Part shown: one piece after another, positions 50,534 through 61,358 of the stretch
Layout: the number at the start of each line of letters is the position of its first letter
How positions within the stretch are numbered: position 1 is the first letter of the stretch
Source of the DNA: Basidiobolus meristosporus CBS 931.73
Taxonomy: Eukaryota > Fungi > Basidiobolomycota
Reading direction: 5' to 3'
DNA length: 64,000 bases
NCBI GenBank assembly: GCA_002104905.1
Contig: MCFE01000305.1
Location: forward strand, 1 to 64,000
Position numbers and translations under genes: made by a program
Notes under the pieces: generated by a model
Told to the model about the DNA's origin: nothing
Databases searched by the model: none
Seen by the model: the letters and a program-made list of their open reading frames with translations, nothing else

Positions 50534-53500
50534 TGTTGTAAAAATTTGTAATTCCACCTAAATATTCACCTAACTCAGTCACTTAGATCAGTACCCTCAC
50601 ATTCTAGAGAATACTGACCAAATTCCTTGTAGGGATTTACTTGGAATATTTTCACCAAAATACCAGGTACCCTGAACATGAAAATTCTTAAAGTTGTCTA
50701 AACAGCCCTAAACTTTGCACACATGTTCTTGGGACCTTCCTTAACCTATTCTATGTGCTTGTAATGCCAAGACCAGGTAAAAGTATAAATACTACTTTTA
50801 TATTCAATAAATCATTAAGTGAAAACCACATAATCTACTTGTTCTCCCAATCACTTTCAATATCTCCAAGACTCTTACAACAAGTGAGAAGCACCAAGCT
50901 GTCACTCTCTGCAATGTCCACTACTGCTATTGCTGGAATTTTTCCCTCTGCTGAAAAGTTGGATGGACCTAACTTCCAAGTGTGTAAGGTGAAGATGAAG
51001 ATGCTGCTACAAGAAAGAGACCTTTGGGATATTGTCATTGGAGAAGAATGCACTCCTAAAAACGTGGGAGAGGAAGCCTTAAAGTACCAGAAGAAAGAAC
51101 AAAGAGCCTTTAACTGTATTTGCTTTAATGTTAAGGACAAATTGCTAATTCAATGCTCAAGAGCAAAAACTGCAAAGAATGCCTGGATGGCATTAGAAGT
51201 CACCAACCAGTCATGTTCAGCTGCTAAGAAAATGTAGCTGAGACAAAAATTCCTTACTACAAAGAAGCAGCCAGGAGAAGAAATGAGAAATCAAATTAAC
51301 AGAATTACCCTGCTGGTAGATGAAATGGAATGTGAGGGCATGCTAATCACTGATAGGATGTGATAGTTACCATCCTGAATAGCCTGACAGATGAGTTTCA
51401 GGGCCTTGTATCAGCCCTAGAGTCCAGAACTGAAGGCTTGACCTTAAATTACGTATATGGAAGGCTCCTAGATGAAGAATTAAGAAAACCAAGTGCCAAT
51501 AAGAAGGAAGAAGAAAATGCTTTAATAAGCAATGATAACCAACAAAGGAGGTACCCAGGACCCTACAAAAGCAACAGCAACCTGTCTTGCAGCTACTGCA
51601 AAAGGAAAGGACACACATCAGACTGGTGCTTCAAAACAAAAGATAGTCAGCAGAAAAAGCCTGAATATGGAAATGCTGCAACAGCTGAAGATAGACTATT
51701 CATATCTGCACTAAATATGACTACAAACAAGGATTCTCAGATGTGGTATATTGACTCTGGAGCATCTCAACACTCTACACACTAAAAAGAACTTTTTACC
51801 CAATATCAAGAAATTCCAATTAAGAAGGTTTTCATGGGTTACAAAAGAACACTTGATGCAGTGGGAGAAGGAACTATCCAAGTAACTCTTAGAAGCAGTG
51901 AAGGAAGCCATACACTGACCTTTAAAGAAGTACACTATGTACCAGAAATAGCCAAGAACCTCCTATTTATAAGCAAGGTCACTGTAGAAGGACTCAGTTT
52001 CATCTTTGACAATCTGGATGCAAGATCACTCATCAAAATTGTGCCCATATTGCTTTGGGTATCAGAGACCAGAATCAGTACAAGTTGACTTATATTCCAT
52101 CCTTTTTGGAAGCTAATATAAGTAACTTAAATGAAAAACCACCAATGCTTTGGCACAGGAGATTTGGGCACATCAATTTTGCTTATTTGTGCAAAATGAT
52201 CAAAGATCAGCTAATTTCTGGAGTATAAATTGATCCCCCAGCTAATTTGGAGCACTGTGAAGCCTGCATATATGGGAAACAAGCCAGACAACTGTTCAGG
52301 AGCTCTGTGTAGATCAAAACTAAGAAAAAATTAGATCTAATTCTCTCAGATCTGTGTGGACCTTTGCAAACTTTAACCTTAGGCAAGATGAAGTATTTAA
52401 TCACTTTTATTGATGATTATACAAGATACACATGGGTCTACTTCATGGAGAGAAAGGAAGAAGCTCTGTCTAAGTTCAGGGAGCTTAAAGCCATGGTGGA
52501 GAGAGCAACTGGTGAAAAAATCAAGAAAATACACTCTAACAATGGTGGAGAATATACCTCAAAGCTCTTCATCCACTTCTGCAAAATTCATAGGATAAAG
52601 CAAGAGACCAATGTACCATACTCCCCACAGTAAAACGGAGTAGCAGAGTGTGCTAACAGATCAATAATTGATATGGCAAGATCTATGATCCATGATCAAA
52701 AATTATACTATGATTTTTGGGTGGAATCAGTTGTTACTGCTGTATATCTTAAAAATAGGAGTTATAGCAGAATACTTGCTGGTTCTACTCTATTTGAAGA
52801 ATGGTATGGATACAGACCAAGTGCAGAAAATCTAAGAATATTTGGGTGTACAGCATATGCCAAAAAACTGCCCAAAAATCAGCCAAAATTTGAGCCAAAA
52901 AGTGCAAAATGCATATTTTGGACTACTGCAATGAGAGTAAAGCATACAGACTCTACAATACCAAAGCAAAGAAGCTAATCAAGTCAAGGGATGTGCCGTT
53001 TGATGAAAATTCAAAACTTTTACAAAAAATGACATCAGATGATGACGGATTTTTGATCTCAAGTCCACCTATTGTCAGAATTGAGTCAGAGCAGAACAAT
53101 GAGAATTTTTCCTCTCCAGAGGACTCTACAACCATGGTGCAGCCAGAATCAGTACCCTGGAATATCCCAGAAGTGATCATTCCAGTATCAAATACCCAGA
53201 GATCAAATTGGACAAGGCATAGCCCAAATTACTATATCAATGAGGGTACAAACTTAGCATATGCCTATTCAGTCCATATTGATGAGCCCCAGACACTAAA
53301 AGAGTCCCTAAATAGCCCTCAGACAAAGTTTTGGAGATCTGCAATGACTGAAGAATGTCAGGCCCTGATGGAAAATCAAACTTGGGACTTAGTTGAATTA
53401 CCAATCAACCAAAAATTAATTGGATGCAGATGGATCTTCAACACAAAATGCAAGGCTGATGGTACAATTGAAAGATATAAAGCAAGACTTGTGGCCAAGG

Positions 53501-55404
53501 GATACTCTCAAGCAAAAGGACTTGACTATACTGAGACCTTTGGACCGGTAGCCAAGTTTAATTCCATCAGATTAATATTGGCTATTGCAGTCAATTATAA
53601 CTTGTTTATTTGCCAAATGGATGTAAAACTGCTTTTTTGAATGGAGAACTTGATGAGGACATGTATATGGACCAGCCTGATGGGTTTGTTGATCAATATA
53701 ACCCCCATCTGGTCTGCAAGATTAAAAAGTTACTATATGGTCTCAAACAATCACCAAAAGCCTGGAATTGCAATATAGATTCTTATTTGGAATCCTTGAG
53801 TCTCAAAAGGAGAAATGCTGATCATAATAAATATTATAAGCCAGATAGAGCAAATCCAGCTCTATTAGCTCTATATGTGGATGATCTTATTATAGCCACT
53901 GATAACCTAGAAACATAGGAAGAGACTAAATCCAACCTATCTAAGGAGTTCAAGATGTCCAATCTAGGAGAACTCAGTTACTATGTGGGGAATAAGTTCT
54001 CTATAGACAGAAGTACCCAGACTATTACCCTAAGCCAATCCAAGTATATTCAAGATATACTAAAGAAGTACCAAATGGAAGACTGTAAACTGGCAGCTAC
54101 CTCAATGGAGACAAACCTTAAATTGGTCAAAACTCTTCCAAATCAAGAAAGCTTGGTGCCATCTGAAAGCCCTGACTTTCCTTATCAGTATGTGATTAGC
54201 AGTGTGATATATATCATGCTTGAAACACGTCCAGATATCTCATATCCAGTGGGAGCTGTCAGCCAACATAATCAGAACTATGGATCTGATCATATTGCAG
54301 CAGTTAAGCAGATTTTTAGATACCTAAAAGGAACTGCTGATATCTGCTTAAGATACACTTATAAGGATTCAGAACAGGATCTTGTTGGATACTCTGATGC
54401 CAATTGAGACAAAATTTAGAAGACAGAAGATCCACCACAGGATACACATTTCTTTACTGTAAAGGAGCAACCAACCATAGCACTTTCCACCACAGAGGCA
54501 GAGTATATGGCAGCCTGTGAAGCTACAAATGAAACAATGTGGCTAACAAAACTTTTTACAGATTTAGGCCTATGTCAAAAAATGCCTATTACTTTATTTT
54601 AAGATAATCCAGGATGTATACAATTAGGTAGAAATCCAACTTTTCAAGCTAGAACCAAGCACATAGATATTAGATATCATTTCATATGTGAAGCTATAGA
54701 GAATAACTTAGTTAGCTTAGCTTACTGTCCTACAGATGAAATGATTGCAGACATATTTTCCAAACCATTAGCTAGAGACAAGTTTGAGTATCTTATGTCA
54801 AATTTAGGACTGGTCATTATGAGCATTTAGCTCAGTGGGAGTGTTGTAAAAATTTGTAATTTCACCTAAATATTCACCTAACTTAGTCACTTAGATTATT
54901 ACCATCAAATCCTAGAGAATACTGACCAAATTCCTTGTTGGGATTTACTTGGAATATTTTCACCAAAATACCAGGTACCCTGAACATGAAAATTCTCAAA
55001 GTTCTCCAAACAGCCTCAAACTTTGCACACATGTTCTTGGGACCTTCCTTAACCTATTCTATGTGCTTGTAATGCCAAGACCAGGTAAAAAGACTTGTTC
55101 CATCATTCCAGCTGATCAGAGTGCCCAATAGTGCCATAGCATGCCAGATGGTGCTTGATCATGCCTCAGAGTGCCAGATGGTGCCATACAGTGCCAATTT
55201 GAGATCAAAATTGACATGCATATGACCTTAAAATATCAGATTAATAACAAAGTATACAGCTTTCTATGGCACTATAGTCAATGGCACAATGGAATAAGTC
55301 TAAAGTGTAAATATTACTTTTACATTCAGTAAAACATTAAGTGAAAACCACATAATCCACTTGTTCTCCCAATCACTTCCAATATCTCCAAGACTCTTAC
55401 AACA
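50534..55404 (+). mobile_element. Ty1/copia element family C, heavily decayed
   Basis: LTRs 50534-50882 (349 bp) and 54842-55404 (with MITE insertion). gag from 50914 (EKLDGPNFQV), WYIDSGAS, TFIDDYTRY, QMDVK, LYVDDL. PPT tcagtgggag. Flanks AGATC/GGTTT do not match. Confidence 0.92.
55090..55301. mobile_element. 212-bp MITE related to the foldback family, inserted in the 3' LTR
   Basis: AGACTTGTTCCAT...ATGGAATAAGTCT. Flanks AAA/AAA. Absent from the 5' LTR. Multiple GTGCCA motifs. Confidence 0.88.
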
Positions 55405-56322
55405 GGTTTTGTGCTGAGCTTGAAAGAAGCTTTCTGATTGGTGAGGTTTCTTCAGGCAAAAGTAGAATCTGCTTAGCTAACTGAAATGCAGGCAGTGAAC
55501 TCATAGCTTTCACAGTAGGATTGTTTTCAATCCTTCTCACCAGGTCTTCTGGTAGTGCTCTGAGAAGGTGGGCAGATAAAGGGAGATCAGTAATAACTCC
55601 TTGGGCTTTCAGTGGCTCTCCAATTTTCTCAAGGCCACTCAAGTATTCTTTCAATGGTAGCAGCTTATACTTGCTATGAGCAAAGTTCTCCAAGTCTTTA
55701 AGTGTGTAGTCAACTTGTCTCTCTTAATATTCATCAATCAAGTAGCTCTTCAAGAGGGTCCAATTTGTCAGCAGATCATTTTTTTATATGATGAGAGCAT
55801 GATCTTATCAGTGCTGTAAGGGGGCATCTCTTCAGCCATAATGGTCTCAGATAGCTTGTGGGCTCTGCAGAAAAGCTCCCACCTCTTGATGAAAGCTTTA
55901 ACTCTAGCTCCATCAAAGAAAGGGGTTCCTTGCATTCCTGGTAAAGGTAGACCCATGGTCTTGATATTTATTCTTTCTTAAGTCTTCTAGGGGCAGTTCA
56001 GTCAAAGCCCCCACATTGGGTGCCAAATATGTGGTGGTGTAGAGGTACTCCTGGGAGAAACTATACAACTCAAGGTGTGTGAGGTGTCTGATGGGTGCAA
56101 TAACCTCTGTGTCTAAACTGCTGGTGTCTTTGTCAATATGTCACTATGGTAAAAGCTCCTGCTTCTCTAGCTTCCTAGGTGCTCCAAGTGTCTCCAAAGG
56201 CCTCTGTGTGTCTTGAGCACTACCCTGAAAAGCTCCTTGAGGGCAGGTCTGAGATGTACTGTTGAAGGCAGGTGCAATGATCAACTGCTAATCAATAAGG
56301 TAGAAGTGTTACTGATAGAAGG
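55405..56322 (-). mobile_element. 5' fragment of a family D LTR retroelement: partial LTR (56030-56322), tRNA-Lys-type PBS, gag-like relic
   Basis: PBS TGGCACCCAATGTGGGG at 56009-56025 (minus). gag-like PFFDGARVKAFIKRWELFC at 55768-55956. Gypsy assignment is an inference. Confidence 0.75.
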
Positions 56323-57268
56323 AAAGAGTTTTCAAAGAAAGGCAATTTGTCTACCACAGCCTCAGCATCTTCTATTGTAGACAGAGTCCAGTTCCACTGA
56401 CAGACAAGGTATCAATGTCAAGAAATCAGCTATCACATTTTCTACAGCAAAATTTCATAATGTCAATAGGCACACCAAGAGGTTGAACACTTCTCCAATA
56501 ACAGTGCTCAAGAAAATGCACTTTTATATTGCAAGGATTTATTGCAATGACTGACAGATGATATGCTAGAGCTTGCAGTGCTAGCTGAAGACCAGGATGC
56601 ATGAGAGGTAGTGAATTAAAAATGACATAAAGCCATGGGGTCCCTGGCAAAGTCATGCAAAAAGGGTGTTACAGCAGAAGTGCTTATTGAATAGTGGATT
56701 TAAATGGAGGTACTTGTTGAGTGTGAGGCAGGGTTTAATGTTAGTGTTGGTTGTGGGGACTTGTATAGGTCAGTACAACAGGCTATCAAGTTACAACTGA
56801 AGATTCAACAGAAATGCATCAATTGGTATGCATGAAAAGTAAGGGCATTGGTCAAGTCAGGAAGTAAGGAGTGTGAAAAAGAATCAATAGCCAGTTAATG
56901 TACACAAATGTAGGTGGTGATTGAGGGTCTGGGATCAGCAAGTGAGAGAATTGGCAGCAAGCCAATCAAAGCCACATATATATTGTTGTGATGAAAATCT
57001 TTGACCAAGTTTTTTGTGAAATCTGAGGTGCAACTTTTCTAGTAGTCTTTAGACTTGTTCTGTTGGATAGTGTCACATTGAGCCATGAGTGCCAAATAAT
57101 GTTGTAGTGTGCCAGAGAGGCCAAGTGAGCCTATATGGCTCAATGTGGCACTATCCAACAGAACAAGTTTTTTGCACAGTATTCTCAAGGTCCCAATACC
57201 TCTTTGTTGTGGGATGCAAATCTTGTGACAGCTTTTGACAGGTTGATGACAATTATTTTTCACAAGGG
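56323..57268 (-). mobile_element. CACTA copy E, reverse-oriented left end
   Basis: Matches 44520-45345. Ends tttttcacaaggg. Confidence 0.7.
57051..57170. mobile_element. 120-bp internally deleted foldback derivative
   Basis: AGACTTGTTCTGTTGGATAGTG...CACTATCCAACAGAACAAGTTT. Flanks TTT/TTT. Confidence 0.9.
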
Positions 57269-59543
57269 TCCTGGCAAAACAAACTTGTGTGCAGAGCTTG
57301 GGGCTACTTAGATATCTTATTCACTTCTAATGTTCTGAGTATCTGATACTATGGTGGAAATATTCATATAATTCCAGTATGGTATTAGGCAGAGTTCTCT
57401 AAGATCTGTAGACTGATCTAAGTGAACAAGTTAGATGAGTAATCAGGTGTATTTTCAGAACTTACAACAAAAAAAACAATTGGTAGACTGCATGGAGCTA
57501 AAGATGGGGATCCTTGTTATGGCTACATGCACTAGCATTACCTCTTGCAAAGCACTCAACACATTAAGCCGCAATCCATAATAGCAGGGCCTCAGAAGTA
57601 TATTTAGCAAAAACTGAGCAACCCAACCTTTCTTTTGGTAAGCTTGATTGGCTAACTGGTATGTTGGGAATGGAGCACCATCCATTACCAAAGAAGAGAA
57701 TTTGACAGGAAGAATTTTGACAAGCTCTATATAATATAACAGGGTTTAGTTTAGCTAACCAAGGCTAGTGTTTTCAAAAGTCCTATTAGTAGAAGATTTC
57801 AGAATATCAAAAGTCTGACCAAGTAAAGAAACTCATGTTAAAGAGCACAATGTTGATAGTTCTGGTGCTGGTGCTATTGGTTCAATAAGCCTAGGGTAAA
57901 TAGGTAAATGTTGTGACCCTTATAAGAGTTGTTGCATCCATATCTACAGGAGGTATCCTCTCAGCTCAGAATCTCAAGAGAAGTATTGCAGTTGTTTCTA
58001 CATTCTTCCTCTTGCTACTGTTGGGATCAAAAAGGAAGTTCCACACTTCAGAGCTTGCAGCACAAAGCTCAAGATCTGGGCACTTGAACTAGGCAGTAAC
58101 ATTGCACTAGGTAGAGCACTCAGTGACCAGTACATGCTCTAGTTTACATCTCATTTGGAGCAAAATTTAGGGATTTGATACCAATATAGTATAATAGGAA
58201 AAACATTGACTCAGTGTTGTTGAGAATACCATGGGAACTTTGATTACACATCACTTTTTATAAAACCCAACAGATCATGTGATACTGTCGCAGGTGCTGT
58301 GTGAATGTTTGATTTGAGCACCCGCAGAATATTAACTTTGCATTACATTCACTGTATGAGCAATTGCCCAAAAACTTTGATCCTTCCAGAATTGCATATT
58401 CATGATTGACACAAGAAACTTCAAGTGGAAGTTGGCATACCAGCAGGATCCATCTGAAGGCCCAGATTCCCCAAACCAGTCCATGGTGAGTGGGTGAGTG
58501 CCTGGTGTGCTTACAACCTGGTCCTATATTGCCTATTAAGTGGGAATGATCTACCTGCAGAACTGAGGTTTGAATAGGCCATCTTGCAGTGGTTTGGTGT
58601 ACATAGGGATACTTGAGCGGGGCTGCTGATGCCTGAATGAAGCATCATCATACAGAATCAAAACATGGACCCATGCATGGGGAGGGTATTGGTGAACAGG
58701 TGGGCCAGTGTGGACACTGCCATGAAAACAACCATTTATCACAGTGCACCAGTAGTACATGGTATGCCACCCAAATCCCGCCTCCTCCCCCGGAAAAGTA
58801 TACATCTCATCCGGGTCCGAAACTTGACAAGCGTTGTCTGGCACTCCGGCCGTGACCGTTGGGGAGTTTTGCTGGGGTCCGGCTTGAAAGTGTTCCACGG
58901 ATACTCTGCACTGGGGTCAGTACCAAGATCGGCTGATCGGCACGAAGGGAGCCTTCTGGGTGACATCGGAGATGGCCAGTGGGTGTGTTGCTTGCCTATA
59001 TGGGAGAAAATAAACGCACTTGGGGCAGGGAAGGGGAAGGGAGGAAGGGGCATTCTTGAGGTGTACGGTCGCCCATCCTGGATTCCACCTGATCGCGGCT
59101 GAAGGCCCCAAAGAACCGTGTTCCTTGGCCCTCCGGTGATCCATTACTCCAACGCTCTCCCTGGCCCGTAAACAAACCACCCACTGGGAACGGGCACTCC
59201 ATGGCATCCATTTACCGTCGACCTCCACCCTCCTCGGGCTCACTTTTTACACGGGATTTATTGGGATTGGCGGTTGGGTAGGGAATGGACGGTGATTATA
59301 TTACACATGGTGGCGGGGGCGGGGAGGGGGGGTAGAATGGGCTGGAGCTGGAGCTGGAGCTGGATGGCTGTATTACTGATATGAGGACGAGCGGCGGGCT
59401 AGAGCAACAAGATGCGGTACGAAGTGGGGTGGGGGAGGACTGGGTGAAGATGAGGGTCGACTCAGGCCGGCCAAATGATTATCAAGGTATTGGGATGGGA
59501 ATGGGTGCGGGGGCGGGGGGCGGGTGCCGGAAGGGGATCGAAG

Positions 59544-60799
59544 TCACTCGGAATGCCCGTATGGGTCCACTGTCATGCTATTCCGGCTCATCTCCTCGTT
59601 GCTCACCACCACGATGGCCGGAGAGGTGGTGACGTGTTTCACGCCCCTCCCCTCGGCGGCCAGCTCCCGTCGCAGCAGCTCGTCGCTGTAGAGACTTCGG
59701 GGGTTGGTTTGAGGCGGCTCCTCCCCGTTCAGGCTGTTGTTGCTGAGCATGGCGCGGTAGGTGTGGGCCAGCTGCTGGGCGTCCTTCACGGTGAGTCGTA
59801 GGGAGCTGCGTCGGTTGGTGGATGAGGAGCCGGTCAAGGGGGTGATGGAATTCTCAGAGCTCTCGCTCAGCAGGGTGGCCGTGGTGACGGGTCGGGAGTT
59901 GAATCGATCGGTGGGAAGGGGCGGCTCGGACCGGGGGCCTTTCGTCTCCGTCATCCTCATCGGGCACCTTTCTCTTCGTCGGCGATGGATCAAGAGGAGG
60001 ATGGCCACCAGGGAGATCAACGAGACCGCCCCCACGGTGATCCCCACGATGGCCCCGACCGAGATGCTCGAGTTGGCGGAGTCCCCTTGCCCCGCGGGGG
60101 TTGGAACCGCCTTGGAACTGGTTGGTCCGTTGGTGCCTATCGGGGCGCTCAGTGGGGTCCGGCTAGGCTGCGAGATGGGTGGGTTGTAATCTGGGCATCT
60201 GGTGAATACGGGGATGGTGGAGGAGAGGGAGGAGAGGGGAGGAAACCGACTTACCGTCCACAAAGAAGGGGTCACTCTGACCAGCAATACTCTCGTCGGA
60301 ACCGGTGGCGAAGATGACCAGGTAGCAGGTACGCACGACGGTGGTGTTCGCCCGGGATGGGTCCGGAGGGAAGATGGGGTATTGCGGGGGGTAATTCTTC
60401 ACCGTGAAGAACCCTTGATCGTTGGTGATGCTGGGCCACTCTTTGACCAGGTTGGGAGGGGTGGTGGCCTCGTACAACTTGATGGTCACCAAACCGTTGG
60501 CTAACAACGTGGGGTACTTGTTCCACCACCTGATGAAGTACTCGTTATTCGCCAGCCACCGGTCCCCTTGCTTGGGCAGGCAGTAGATACTGGGGCCACA
60601 CGGGGCGGTCAGCTGGCTGACTGGCGAGGGAGTGAATGGGTTAGCGTCGGGTTGGGATGCAGGCGAGTTGTAGTCTGAGGTCCTTACCATCCGCTGGGCC
60701 TACCGTGATATTTCGCTTGGGGACGGCAGCTTGGGAGAGAGTTCGAGTGACGTGGTAAAGGAGTATGGAGAAACAAGTAAGCAGTAGTCGCAGTTGCAT
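59544..60799 (-). CDS. Secreted-type single-pass (type I) membrane protein, 374 aa; exons 60799-60688, 60620-60255, 60190-59544
   Basis: Signal-peptide-like MQLRLLLTCFSILLYHVTRTLSQ. Introns of 67 and 64 nt with GTAAG donors and CAG acceptors (intron 1 has a GCTAAC branch point); exon lengths 112+366+647 = 1125 nt keep frame. S/T/P-rich stalk, TM VGAIVGITVGAVSLISLVAILLLI, then HRRRRER. Confidence 0.85.
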
Positions 60800-61245
60800 C
60801 GTGGTTCGAGGTATAAATTAACCGTGGGGAGGGTAGAGAAACGACGGAAGGCTTTGGGGCGACAAAGATAAAGGTGGCTATCCACGCGAAAACTGGCGGT
60901 GGTACAAGTGCGAAGACGAGATGGACAAACACGGACCCTGAACCGACCCAGCTAACAACGCCCCATCACGGTCAACCCTAACCCACGGTCTCACCTCCAT
61001 CAAACCCACCTCACCCTGACCACTTCCCGAGAAACGGCCAATATGCTGACAACATTTGTCTGGGAAACAATGGGGAAGTGGGCGGATTGCGGTTGATCGG
61101 GCTCAGGAGAACCCTCCGTTTCGCAATCGATAATAGGGGATTCTCTAAGCCATCCTGGTCTCTTGAACAATCCAACTTTGGCTGCATCCCAATTTAGAAC
61201 GGCCCTCACAATCAGGGGTAATTGGTGTTGAAATGGCAATTTCTG

Positions 61246-61358
61246 CGTATCGTAGCGTATTGTGGTATGTGGTATGTGGTATGTGTATGTGTATGTGTAT
61301 GTGGTATGTGGTATGTGGTATGTGGTGTACGGCATGTAGTATGCGGTATGCGGTATGC
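61246..61358. repeat. Compound microsatellite (GGTATGT)n/(GTATGT)n/(GGTATGC)n
   Basis: Visible directly in the sequence. Confidence 0.95.

Noticed and set aside
55405-55416. GGTTTTGTGCTG after the family C 3' LTR as a second PBS (tandem element)
   Set aside because: Only 8/12 match, and the sequence is the continuing minus-strand gag relic of the neighbouring element.
115-57691. Numerous 60-110 aa ORFs in the repeat block as host genes
   Set aside because: They are antisense or frameshifted pieces of TE pseudogenes and LTRs; no intact host gene was seen before 59.5 kb.
58551-59243. Several 70-145 aa ORFs on both strands
   Set aside because: No recognisable domains, mutually overlapping, expected by chance in GC-rich DNA.
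60684-60932. 82-aa hydrophobic ORF as the N-terminus of the membrane protein
   Set aside because: A different frame (ATG at 60799) gives a better signal peptide and joins exon 2 via canonical splice sites.
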